From positions 35,836,001 through 35,900,000 of the forward strand of contig OX597836.1 in NCBI GenBank assembly GCA_951406725.2: a stretch of 64,000 nucleotides of DNA. Direction: 5' to 3'. The position numbers were made by a program, and so were the translations under genes. The DNA is from Octopus vulgaris (taxonomy: Eukaryota). Shown here one piece after another: positions 51,400 to 64,000 of this stretch (positions are counted from its first letter, which is position 1; each line of letters begins with the position of its first letter). Under the pieces are notes generated by a model. It had not been told where the DNA came from. It made no database searches and worked only from the letters and a program-made list of their open reading frames with translations.

Positions 51400-52330
51400 T
51401 TATTTCTTTATTACCCACAAGGAGCTAAACATAAAGGGGACAAACAAGGACAGATAAACGGATTAAGTCAATTACATCGACCCCAGTGCGTAACTGGTAC
51501 TTATTTAATCGACCCCGAAAGGGTAAAAGGCAAAGTCGACCTCGGCGGATTTTGAACTCAGAACGTAGCGGCAGACGAAATACCTACTTCTTTATTACCC
51601 ACAAGGGGCTAAACACAGAGGGGACAAACAAGGACAGACATAGGTATTAAGTCGATTACATCGACCCCAGTACGTAACTGGTACTTATTTAATCGACCCC
51701 GAAAGGGTAAGAGGCAAAGTCGACCTCGGCGGATTTTGAACTCAGAACGTAGCAGCAGATGAAATACCTATTTCTTTATTACCCACAAGGGGCTAAACAC
51801 AGAGGGGACAAACAAGGACAGACATAGGTATTAAGTCAATTACATCGACCCCAGTGCGTAACTGGTACTTAATTTATCGACCCCGAAAGGATGAAAGGCA
51901 AAGTCGACCTCGGCGGATTTTGAACTCAGAACGTAGCAGCAGATGAAATACCTATTTCTTTATTACCCACAAGGGGCTAAACACAGAGGGGACAAACAAG
52001 GACAGACATAGGTATTAAGTCAATTACATCGACCCCAGTGCGTAACTGGTACTTAATTTATCGACCCCGAAAGGATGAAAGGCAAAGTCGACCTCGGCGG
52101 AATTTGAACAAACAACGTAACGGCAGACGAAATACCTATTTATTTATTTATTAATTTTTGAATACATATGTTATCTGTGAATTTGCGCGTGTAATCTGGG
52201 AATACAATGCCCTTCTCTGCCGAAGGCAAAGTTGACCTCGGCGGAATTTGAACTCACAACGTAACGGCAGACGAAATACCGCTAAGCATTTCGTCCGGCT
52301 TGCTAACATGTCTGCCAGCTCGCCGCCTTA
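51400..52330 (-). repeat. Tandem array of SINE-C bodies (4 x ~184 bp) plus a SINE head
   Basis: Units start at about 51400, 51585, 51769 and 51953; a head copy ends at about 52328. Confidence 0.93.
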
Positions 52331-53183
52331 ACATCGCTTCAATATAGTGCAAAGTAGACAGCCGATTTGATCAACCTCAGTAAGTGGCTGGTATTTATTT
52401 CATCGATGAGACAAGAATCAGGAAACGGAAGTTTGAACTTGGTGGTATAAATTGGATATAGGCCAGGAACGGACGATATTAAAATTCGTACAGCCAAGAA
52501 GCAGTACCACCACTAATATTGAAACGACAATATAACTTTCAGAGCTAAATAAAGAGAAAGACACAAACAACGAAAGGATGAAAAAGAGAGAGAGTCAAAG
52601 AGAAAAGATTCGGAGATCAATAAGCCATGATATATCATTGTCTCCAAAAGTTTTCCGTATTAGTCTGTTGCCTTGATCTCCGTAACCTGAAACTATTCAG
52701 GCAGACACGAGAAAATTATATAGACTTTTAAAGTATCATCCCACACACAACACACAGCTTATTCGTAAACATGATGATGATGATGATGTTGATGATGATG
52801 ATGATGATGATGAGGATGATAGGAAATATATGCACACACATACATTCATAATTATATACAGACACACAAGCAAAGACCCGCACTCTTAAACACGTACACA
52901 CACACGCCCCCCCAATACACACACACACATATATATATATATATAAAGCTGTGATTTCTACGTCTAAATAAGAGTAGTAATCTTCCCTTTCATGGGACTG
53001 TCACATTAAGTTGATAACATACCACCACTTTATCGTGTCACTACTGTATATATATCTCTCTGAGTGTTTTACAAATGTATTATATATAGAGAGAGAGAGT
53101 TTACGAAATAAACAAAAGACGAAGACAGGCGGTGTACAAAACAAACAGATGTATTGATATAACGCTCAGGAATAGAAAAAAGT

Positions 53184-53219
53184 CTTTTACGTTTCGAGCA
53201 TACGCTCTTCTACAGAAAG
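53184..53219 (-). ncRNA. Minimal hammerhead-like motif
   Basis: RC: CTTT CTGTAGA A GAGC gtat GCTC GAAA CG TA AAAG. One core substitution (A6>U). Confidence 0.6.
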
Positions 53220-53273
53220 GGACACATAATAGACGTTTGAAAGCGCCACTATATAAGATGAATTTTCTTAGAG

Positions 53274-53321
53274 ATTTTACATGTTTCGGTTCTTCTTGAA
53301 AAAACGAACCTTATCAAAAAT
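53274..53321 (-). ncRNA. Degenerate hammerhead-like motif
   Basis: RC: ATTT TTGATAA GGTTC-13 nt-GAACC GAAA CATG TA AAAT. Two transitions in the core. Confidence 0.5.
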
Positions 53322-53928
53322 ATTTTTTAGATATTAAGTGTAATATAAAAAGTTCATAATTGTTTCTTACTAGTCTCAACAAAGTCCCTGGGGTGGTGTC
53401 TTGTGTGTGTGGGGTGAGCGCATAATGGCTGTCTTCTGACTAGGGAAGGGAAACACTCCGTCGGTTACGATGACGAGGGTTCCGGTTGATCCGAATCAAC
53501 GGAACAGCCTGCTGGTGAAATTAACGTGTAAGTGGCTGAGCACTCCACAGCCACGTGTTCCCTTAACGTAATTTTCTCAGGGATATTCAGTGTGACACAG
53601 AGAGTGACAAGGCCGGCCCTTTGAAATACAGGTACAGCAGAAACAGGAAGTAAGAGTGAGAGAAAGTTGTGGTGAAAGAGTACAGCAGGGATCACCACCA
53701 CCCCCTGCCGGAGCCTCGTGGAGTGTCTTCTGACTAGAATCGTTGGTAAATGTTTTTTGGTCAATATGTTCTCCTTTTGCTGTTCTTGATTTTCTACATT
53801 GTTGATATTAGTTAATCTGTGGGAAATTGTTCGCTTGTCTATTTTAATTTAAAAGAAAATGACATCTACAATATCTTTAGGCAATTACATGTGTTTGAAC
53901 ATATCAGAAAGGTTTTTATTATAGCATA

Positions 53929-54308
53929 CTAGCAGTATCGCCCGGCATTGCTCAGGTTTGTAAGGGAAATAACTATAAAGCATTTTTAGAGAGTCATAAC
54001 CAAAAAATAGCAAAAAAATGGAAAAAAATTATGGTAAATTTTTCTTGAGAGTAAAAACAGGTGGAGTTGCGTCTCCTAGACAGTTTGCGGTTTGTGTTTC
54101 TGATTCTCGACCCCATGTCGAATTTATCGATTTTTTCCAGAAGTGGGGGAACTTTTCAAAATTTTCGCTGCATTAGTTTTGAATTATGACATTGGGCTAT
54201 GTGTGTGTCAAGTTTCATCAGAATCGGTTGAAAGCCGTGGTCAGGGTGAGAGTACAAGCAAACAGACACACAGAAACACGCACAGACAAACTGCCGTTTA
54301 TATAGAGA
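53929..54308 (-). mobile_element. Non-autonomous Helitron (same family as 36684)
   Basis: Reverse complement of 36684-37064; CTAG end at 53929. Confidence 0.88.
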
Positions 54309-55733
54309 GAGAGATACATAAAATTGAAGCATACATCTTCTATTTCAATAAAAGATATGCAATGCAACATGTTAACATACTGGTATTTAATTTAAATACT
54401 AATTTACAAATGAAATGACACAGGTATGTTTAAAGAATCTGGTGAATAAAAGTAGAGAGAGTTACAATAAAAATATGAACGGGTGGGGAGTGTAGTAGAA
54501 ATATATGAGTAATATAAATAATATAGCTTCAGTCTTAAAATTACGTTCAGAAATTGATTTCCATTGACATAAAATCTTATTTGAAATATAATCTCTGTAA
54601 CAACATCAAATATATAACTTTAGTTTCATTTATTCAAGGCAAAGTTTTGTTCATATGGCGTTACGCTTATAGGTATAAATTCAAATGGGTGCCTCTGTGG
54701 GCCGATGTCTCTCGTGATGTAAGAATTTCCTTGAGATTTTGAATTGGCTAAGAGCATGTTGACATAAAATATACAAAATGTGAAATATATTAAAGCAGAA
54801 AATAGCAGATTAACCCTGGAGAATTCCCATTTCTCAACAGGCATATATGCAGCACTTCATTATAATATTACAGATTTCAGATCTATCCGCGTTCTTACTT
54901 TTATACACATTCATTCACACACACAAACACACTTGAATGTACATATGCAGTGTACAAGATTTTGGAAATATATTTGGTAAGTCAATAGAAGTGGAGGAGC
55001 GTGGCTTAGTCGTTAGGGTGTCAGCAACATGATCATAAGATTGCGGTTTCGATTCCTGGACCGGGCGACGCGTTGTGTTCTCGAGCAAAACATTTCATTT
55101 CACGTTGCTCCAGTCAACTCAGCTGGCAAAAATGAGGAACGCTGCGTTGGACTGGCGTCCCGTCCAGCTGGGGAACACATACGCCATAGAAACCGGGAAA
55201 CCGGGCCCATGAGACTGGCTAGGCTTTAAAATGGGCGCATTTATTTATTTTTTTAAATTCCATAGAACAAATCTAATCTATTAAACACCAAGTGTATTTC
55301 AATAAATGATGTTCACATTCGTCCATGGGCTTTCTTCTAGAATTATGTTATGAATCCACCTTTAACGTTGATTACTGTTTCTGTGCATAAGTACAATCGA
55401 TGACATGATTGTGTATTATGGCCCTTTTCTCCGTTTCGGCCTCTATCTGGACACTGGTGGTCTTATGTGAAACTATGATATTATGAAAATATTGATACTT
55501 TTCCCTATCACAAACGCAGTAGTTCATCGGATTTCAATCTGATAAGCTTCGATGCGACAGCTTATGTGTTTCATAACCGTACAGATTGTGTACCATTGTG
55601 TTGTAGACGGGTGAGGAAGGCGCTTACAGAAATTGCTCAGTTTGGCGAAATACGTATGGCCTTTCACGCTTAATATATGCATCCATGATTACCTCAACGT
55701 ATCCACCATTGGTTCGTAAACCAGGTAGAAATA

Positions 55734-56132
55734 TCTTTATATATAAAAGTCATGTTGTGTGTCTGTCTCCTACGATTTAGATTCCAAACTACTCCCACAT
55801 TTTGCGGTGCAGTTTAACCAAAACCGGGTATCTTATAGTCGTGATTCATATCGAGCCCTTCTGGGTATTAGCGCGCGTCTACGATGAGTCTACGATTTTA
55901 AAAAAAAATTACCATCATTTTTTTCCATTTTAATGCATTTTTTTCGCTATTATATAAGGGAAGTAACTCTCTAAAAATGTCTACGATGAGTCAACGATTC
56001 AAAAAAAATTTACCATCATTTTCTTTTCCATTTTTAATGCATTTTGTTGCTATTTTTTGGCTATAACTCTCTAAAAATGCTTATATAGTTAATTCCCTTA
56101 CAAACCCGAGCAACGCCAGGCGATACTGCTAG
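55734..56132 (+). mobile_element. Non-autonomous Helitron with a different 5' half and the same 3' end
   Basis: A|TCTTTATATATAAAA start; 3' end cccgagcaacgccagg cgatactg CTAG|T; internal ~100-bp tandem duplication. Confidence 0.85.
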
Positions 56133-57314
56133 TTAATTCTAAAACCTAAGGCGGCGCTCTGCCAGAATCGTTAGCACGCCGGGCAAAATGTTTTGTGGCA
56201 TTTCATCCATTTGTACGGTCTAAGTTGAAATGTCATCGAGGTCTGCCCAGCATTTCATCTTTTTGGGCGTGGATTACATCTCTGGGGTTGATGTAATCAC
56301 CAGACCTCGCTATCAAAATTGCTGGCCTTGTGTCAGAATTTGAAGTCAATTAGTCTAAAATCCAAGCAGTTTCTGGATTCTTAATTTGCATTCCATTAGG
56401 TATATCAGGTATCTGTACATAATTACCTGCCATTTCGCTTGTCAGACTTCTTCTCATCAGAGAAGAACCAAAACGTTGGGATAATGGTGAGAGTTCTTAA
56501 CTTGTGAAGTATCCGAGTAGTATGGATCAGACGTTTTTTCTCGTATCTTCAACGACTTCAATTGGAATTTCCTTGTTACAGAAGACTTATATCTAACTTC
56601 TCCATACACTCATATGCACTTCTACGCATTTTACTGAAAACCTGCGATGTATTTCAGCACCTTACCTCTTTCCGATTCGAGAAAGCATATCGCTGACCTC
56701 TGTTCTTCTTTGGTGCGTGCAGCCAGCGTCCATCATTACTCTGTAATACTAGAAGAAAAACTGTAATGATAAAGGTAACCAAAATAGATCAACCTATTTT
56801 CACGCAAGCGCTGATGCAGTGAGTCCAGCCTTAAGAAAGAGCGGATAATGTTTGACTTCCCATCCCATACAGACACGCGCAGACACACACACACACACAC
56901 ACACACACGCACGCACACACATGTACACACACATACGCACGCACACATACACGTACATGCACACATATATACGTATAGTTCGAAAGGAAATTTAAAAGAA
57001 TTAATGTAAGCATTCAACACGTTTAATTAGAACTAAATATGAAGTATGAAAATTGAAAAAAACGGGAAGCTCGAAAAATGGTTAAATTCTCCATAGACAC
57101 AGTTACTAGAATTATGTTCAACGAATGCTTAAAGACTTGAAAATCCAACTAACTACGCATCCATGTCTAGAGATATACAGGCTATTGTATTGTCAGGTTT
57201 TTCTTTTCATATTTTTTCTTATATATATATATATTATTTATTACGTCCTTCTGTAAATGGTCCTCAATGAATTATTTTCTGACAGTCTTCAAATACATAT
57301 TTTACAGGAATGTA

Positions 57315-57380
<66 letters not shown>

Positions 57381-57467
57381 CATACATACATACAGGCATA
57401 TATATATATACATGATATATATATATGTATATATATTTATATAGGCATACGTACACACACGCACACA

Positions 57468-57521
<54 letters not shown>

Positions 57522-57967
57522 TATATGTTTTCTGACAGAGTAACGATTCTTTAAAAAAATTCTCTTCTGTCAAATTACTGAATATTTGATATCGAGCGAA
57601 AGATTTTGTCGAGTATGAAATGTAAACCTGTTTCTGTTATATGTGCGTGATCGTATGTATGTGTGTATGTGTGTGTTTGTGTGTGTGTGTGAGGGTAAGT
57701 TTCTGGGTAATATTGTCTCCAATTATAAAGTTTTCTATATTTATTAGCATCCGAATGTCGTTTCCTTCTTGAGATAAAACTGTCGTTTATAATAATTTTA
57801 TGGGCAGCGAAGCGTTTCTGAAGGTTTTCAAGATCTCTCCTTTATTTCCATAAAAAAGAACACTAACCCTTCCTCAAGCAAAAAAAAAATGGGTTTCACA
57901 TAATCAATGAACAATCTTTTAACGTGATGCTCCATTATAGCGTCAGTGTAATGACATATGCAGTGTA

Positions 57968-57968
57968 A

Positions 57969-58008
<40 letters not shown>

Positions 58009-58209
58009 TAATAATAATAGTGATAATAATAATAGTATTAATAATAATAATAATAATAATAATAATGATAATAATAATAATAATAATAGTATTAATAATA
58101 ATAATAATAATAACAATAATAATAATAAGAATATTAATAATAACAGTAATAATAATAATAATAATAAAATAATAACAATAATATTAATATTAATAATAAT
58201 AATAATAAC

Positions 58210-58243
<34 letters not shown>

Positions 58244-58578
58244 TTAATAATAATAACAATAATAATAATAACAACAACAACAATAATAATAATAATAATA
58301 ATAATAATTTATTTCTTTATTGCCCACAGGGGGTTAATCATAGAGGGTGGGGTAGGCAAGGACAGCAAAGGGATTAAGTCGATTACATCGACCCCAGTGC
58401 GTAACTGGTACTTATTTAATCGACCCCGAAAGGGTGAAAGGCACAGTCGACCTCGGCAGAATTTGAACTCAGAACGTAAAGGCAGACGAAATACAGTGAC
58501 GTATTTCGCCCAGCGTGCTAACGTTTCTGCCAGTTTGTCACCTTATTATCATTATTATTATTGTTATTATTATTATTA

Positions 58579-58664
<86 letters not shown>

Positions 58665-58822
58665 GTTAATATTATTATTATTATTTATCATTATTATTAT
58701 TATTATTATTATCATTATTATTGTTGTTGCTGTTGTTGTTGTTGTTGTTATTATTATTATTATTATTATTCAGGTCACTGCTAGTTATTAATATTAATAA
58801 TATTAATATTAATAATAATAAC

Positions 58823-58910
<88 letters not shown>
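57968..58910. repeat. (AAT)n arrays in alternating orientation interrupted by a SINE-C
   Basis: (TAA)n 57968-58307, SINE 58310-58543, (TTA)n 58543-58770, (TAA)n 58788-58910. Confidence 0.95.
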
Positions 58911-59869
58911 GCTACATAACAAAAGCAATATCAATAGTAATAATAACAGTCATATTAATAATAGTAATAAAACCTATCCTTGAATTCTTTCGGAAATATT
59001 ATTTAAGGAAATTCTATTACTTGAAAGAGGTTCTCTGATAGAATTATTCAGTGAATCTTGTGCCAAGGGATAACCAGATATATGAAATTAAATGATGTTA
59101 GACGACAGTCTCAGATTTATGTCATTCAATATTTTACGGCATAAATTCCCAGAAGACCACTCTCAAGAACTTGTAATGTAGTACATAACATTTCTTATGA
59201 CAAGATGACAATATATTTATTTCTCTTTTATTTTTCCTTCCCTGAGCGTTTTCTTACTCTATAGCGTTTGCTTGTTATATAAAAATCACAAGGACAGTAA
59301 ATGGTAGAAGCTCTGAAGTGGTGGTGTAAAAAACGTGTGTTATTTAATTATGTTGTTTTACGTTTTGAACGGAATTCCCACCGTATCTCACTTATGCATT
59401 TTCCTTTTTTTTCTTCACCGATAATATAAGTAGCAGTCAAAAACCTCAGCTGCCCCTACCTCTCCAAATCAATGGATTTATGACAACGCGAAACGTCATT
59501 AGTTGTGGGGTTTTTTTTTTCCCAGACTCGTTGCGCATTGAGTTCAATTACTACCGAGGTGAAATTCGCCTTCCATTATTCCTACTTTGTAAGAATGTGG
59601 TACCAGTCAAGTGCTGGGATCGATGACGAGGAACAGAAATTTAGGAGCAAAAAATCGTGGACACTACCACCACCACCATTATCATTAACACTAACAACAT
59701 TAAGAAAGCCAAACCCACAGCAGCTGACAAACCGACAGTTGACGGTTCCAGTTCCGTGTATTTGAATAGAATTATCAAAACCTGAAGAGCGGCACAACAG
59801 ATTTATATTATGCTGTACACACACACAAACGCACACACACACAAACACACACACACATACACACACACA

Positions 59870-59916
<47 letters not shown>

Positions 59917-60399
59917 GTACACACACACGCACACACATATATATATATATATTTTTTATGTTATATATAAAATCATATTTATATTATATTATATATAAGT
60001 ATATAATATTATTGGCCTGCTCGCTTAGCCAGCGGAGTGGCGTCATTTGAAGGCTAAAACAATGCGAAGCGCATTGTGACCAGCGATGTGTAGCAACATC
60101 TGATAGCCTAGTCGGTCACGTGTCACGTGATATAATATTATATGGGTGCGTATATATATGTGTATATGTGTATGTATGTGTATCTGTGTGTGTGTGTATA
60201 ATATTATTTATACATACATATATACATACATATATATAAACAATATCGAACACACATTCACAATGTATATGTTTTGCTAGTTCGTCGGCTGGCTGCGATT
60301 ATAGGTGCAAAATAATATATCTCCATTTATTCACCTTTTATACAGGTGTATCGTTTTGAAACCCGGAAAAATGGAAGCAGTGACAAAAAGCCAGTTGGG

Positions 60400-61510
60400 A
60401 AACGCCTGAAAACGTTTAGGTCATCATATGTACGGTTTAGAATGGTAAAACGAAAATTTCCTATCAAGGAGATGGTGAAAAACCATTTTGTAACACCCGC
60501 CGAGTGTACGGACTGATTCTCATTCCAGTCAGCCGGGGTGTGGGAAAAATAAAAGCGGTCAACTTACCACTGGAAATACATGTATGTTGGCTAGATGTAT
60601 CGATATAGTGATTGTTTTAATTCGATATAGATTCAAAAGAAAGGATCAACGGAAAAGTTTTAATATGTACAATTGACCTTAATTCACTGATTAGCAAGAA
60701 TTGTGTTACTTGACGCTGAACACATCGTTCTCTTTGTGCAAACCCTGCAGAGATAAGATTAATGAATACGCAAAGAGGAGACTGACAAGCAATCGTATTG
60801 TCTACAACAAATGGCGATTAGCCCTCAAAAGTGAAATAAGAGAAGAATCATCGAGAGAAGCAATAAATAATTTTTTTTATTAGATGGTGACTGTGTAAAA
60901 ACTTAGTGAAGACTATTGAACAGGAGTCGCGATCGAAGCAGGCAAGCTGTGTTTTCAGAGCTAATGCGTCCTATCTAAGGCACGAGGAAGCAGAAGCTGT
61001 TTGATAAATCCGAGTCTTAGAGACGTAGCGTATAATGAACGCCAGAATTTAATCTTTGGTGAAGGATAATGAGTTTTTCCAACTCGATCCGAAGCAGACG
61101 TGTGCTACTTTACAATTACGCTTTGCTCAACTGTTTGGAAAGGGCAGTAGGCCGCGTCGCAGGATAGACTTCAAAACCTACTGGAATTCTTTATTCCAAA
61201 TCTCGGTAATGGAAGAGGAGTGTTGCATAAAACCGCAACAGATGTCCAAACTCGGAAAATGATGGTTATCTGCGTGGGATGTAAATTATATTATTTGGTC
61301 TCTCTAACTTTCATATACCAGCCTCCTTTGGAATTATATCAACATATTTCAGCTGCAGTTGACAACAGAACCGAAGGGTTTCCTGGACTGGAAGCCAAGC
61401 GGTTGTTGCGCTGTTGAGAAATTATCTAAATACAAAGAGCCTCATCAACATTTGCCTGAATATAAGATATTAGCGAAGGTGAGAGATGAGAGGCTGGCGC
61501 TTTGTACCTG
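60400..61510 (+). pseudogene. Decayed L1/Tx1-clade ORF2 (endonuclease end to RT start)
   Basis: PGVW.K (GPG.WKLN-like) at about 60535 and EYKILAKVRDERLAL at about 61458; many stops and frameshifts. Confidence 0.65.
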
Positions 61511-64000
61511 TTCACTCATATCGGGGTGTGGCTACACGTAAACGTTTCATCTCAAACCAATCTATCCACGCCGACTTCCATGTATTATGTGTTTCTTTAC
61601 TACCCACAAGGGGCTAAACATAGAGGGGACAAACAAGGACAGACAAACGGATTAAGTCGATTACATCGACCCCAGTGCATAACTGGTACTTATTTAATCG
61701 ACCCCGAAAGGATGAAAGGCAAAGTCGATCTCGGTGGAATTTGAACTCAGAACGTAACGGCAGACGAAATACTGCTAAGCATTTCGCCCGGCGTGCTAAC
61801 GATTCTGCCAGCTCGCCGCCGTCCATGCACTATGTATCATAGGAGATTCAATGATAAAATCTAACAAGCATGGGTTAGCATTGAGCGTATTAATTAACCA
61901 AAATTCTTCGGGAGGTGGCATAAGTATAGTGCGCTACCTTCTTTCTGAGACCTGGTTTTCAGTCTTCGGAGTCTGGTTGTCGAATTATACAATATTTCGA
62001 TCGCTTGAACCAAAGTCGACTATTTTCAACGTTCAATATCTTACGCTCATTCACTCAAAATTGTCGCATTTTGTTTCTTCTTTGTGGATAATAACATTTT
62101 TTATGGCATCTGAACACACACAGACACATGCGCTCGTGCACTCCACACCCCATATACTTACCCTCTCATACCTATTTCTTTATTACCCACAAGGGGCTAA
62201 ACACAGAGGGGACAAACAAGGACAGACATAGGTATTAAGTCGATTACATCGATCCCAGTGCGTAACTGGTACTTAATTTATCGACCCCGAAAGGATGAAA
62301 GGCAAAGTCGATCTCGGCGGAATTTGAACTCAGAACGTAACGGCAGACGAAATACCGCTAAGCATTTCGCCCGGCGTGCTAACGTCTCTGCCAGCTCCCC
62401 TCTCATACCACAAGCACACACACTTATTGTGAAAATACAATTAACAATACAAATCACAATATAAGTGCAGCAAAGTTTGACCAGTAAACCTTAACGCTGT
62501 AAAGAGAAATAATTGAAACTTTTCAGATGTTAGTTGTTCATCAGGAAAAAGAAAGAAATCGTAGAATATTTGAAAAAATAGCTGAACGATAACAACGGGA
62601 GGGCAAGAAGCAATGTCGTAAGTTACTTGCGTTGGCGTAAATTGAAGTATAACAATGTCTCTGCATCTGTTAGCAAGCATAATGGGGATGAATGATCTAT
62701 GTGTAGGTGTAATGTATGATGGTGTATGTATATGTGTGTAATCGATAGGTAGATGATATGAAATTATATATGTAAAAAGGTAAGAGCGTGTATGAGTTTC
62801 AGAGAATAATGGTGAAGTAATTGGAATGGCAAAAGTAATATCGAAGATGTTATTATTATATGCGCAAGTGTATAACAAAAGATGAGTATGAAGAAGTTAT
62901 TTTAACAAAGAGGGGATGTTGAAGAAATAGTTTGAAAAAGCAGTCCGGTGATGAAATGTAAAATAAAAGATAAACATCATACAATAGTTGTAAGAGGTTT
63001 CGAGAATTAAACGAAGTGTTCAGATGATTGTAAGAAGCTGGGAAAGACATCGAAAAAGAAGAGATTAAAAAGCTATTAAAAAGCTGTTGAAATCCACAGA
63101 TAAGAAATAACTGTAGGGAGTAGGTAAAAACTTACACGTGATGCAGGTGGTGTAAAATGAAAATGGAAGTGTGGACAGTATTTGTGATTTTTTGAGAGGA
63201 AATTGAATCGTAAGGTAAGAGAAGCAGCATGACTTTCTCTCTCTCTCTCTCTCTCTCTCTTTGTTTCTATCTGTTCCTCTCTCACTCACTCCCTGTGCAC
63301 CCCCTCTCTCTCTGTCTCTCAATCTTTGCATGTACGTAGGTGTTTGCAACATAGGATTTCAGTAACGGTCAAAACGAGAATGATAAGTATTAGAAGAAGG
63401 ACAGGTGAGATTTACAGGTGTCAGTCAAAACAGGAGAGCTTAAAGAATCTAAAGAATCTATGGAAAAGAGAATTTAAGGGTTACACTAGTGTGTGTGTGT
63501 GTTTGTGTGTGTGGGTGTGTGAAGAGAAGGTATGTGTATGTGTGTGTGTGTGTTTGCGTGTATGGTGGTGGAGGCACATGGCCTAGTGGTTAGAGCAGTG
63601 GACTCGCGGTCGAGGGATCGCGGGTTCGAATCTCAAACCGGGCGATGTGTGTGTTTATGAGCGAAAACACCTAAGCTTCACGCGGCTCCGGCAGAAGGTA
63701 ATGGCGAACTTCTGCTGACTCTTTCGCCACAACTTTCTCTCAATCTTTCCTCCTGCATCCTGCAGCTCACCTGCGACGGACCGGCGTCCTGTCCAGGTGG
63801 GGAACCTATACGCCAAGGAAACCGGGAAACCGGCCCTTATAAGCCGGTCATGGCTCGAGAAGGAACAAATAACTGTTCCTTCTAAAGGATGAAAGGATGC
63901 TTGTGTGTATGCGTTCGCGTATAGTTTGGGATGTTTCTAAATATATATGTGTATATGCGTGTATAAGTGCAGATCCGTAGGTTTGAGAGTGTCGTTAAAT

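Noticed and set aside
51400-52140. Regular repeats resembling a CRISPR array
   Set aside because: The units are contiguous 184-bp repeats with no unique spacers, in a eukaryotic SINE context.
56445-56480. Hairpin ttcttctc-atca-gagaagaa followed by ccaaaacgtt, and minus-strand CTGATGAG
   Set aside because: Neither strand gives a complete HHR; at most it is a remnant.
62510-62560. Minus-strand CTGATGA...GAAA
   Set aside because: The intervening sequence cannot form stem II, and stem I is absent.
62480-63065. Purine-rich stretch possibly from a LINE ORF1
   Set aside because: It has only a vague zinc-knuckle-like remnant and many stops, so it is not supportable.

Overview
This is AT-rich, repeat-saturated eukaryotic DNA, most likely intergenic or intronic sequence from an octopus (cephalopod). 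That assignment is an inference from the tRNA-derived SINE families and the extreme (TA)n/(CA)n/(AAT)n/(GATA)n load. I found no credible host protein-coding exon, and nearly all ORF-track entries are microsatellite artefacts or transposon debris. The window holds three abundant SINE families and decayed non-LTR retrotransposons (R4/Dong-like RLE, CR1/L2-group, RTE, L1/Tx1, Penelope-like). It also holds a full-length decayed mariner, Tc1/mariner fragments and MITEs, and non-autonomous Helitrons. The most interesting layer is a recurring set of short cassettes sitting in (TA)n tracts. Many form foldback inverted repeats, and several carry minimal hammerhead-ribozyme (HHR) motifs, some next to Penelope RT or GIY-YIG remnants. 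I interpret this as a microsatellite-associated, ribozyme-bearing Penelope-like system. Other notable items are a MITE carrying an inverted copy of nearby DNA, a LINE/SINE pair with a covarying 3' stem-loop, local inverted duplications and tandem SINE arrays. All calls were read by eye, so coordinates are approximate to a few bases.
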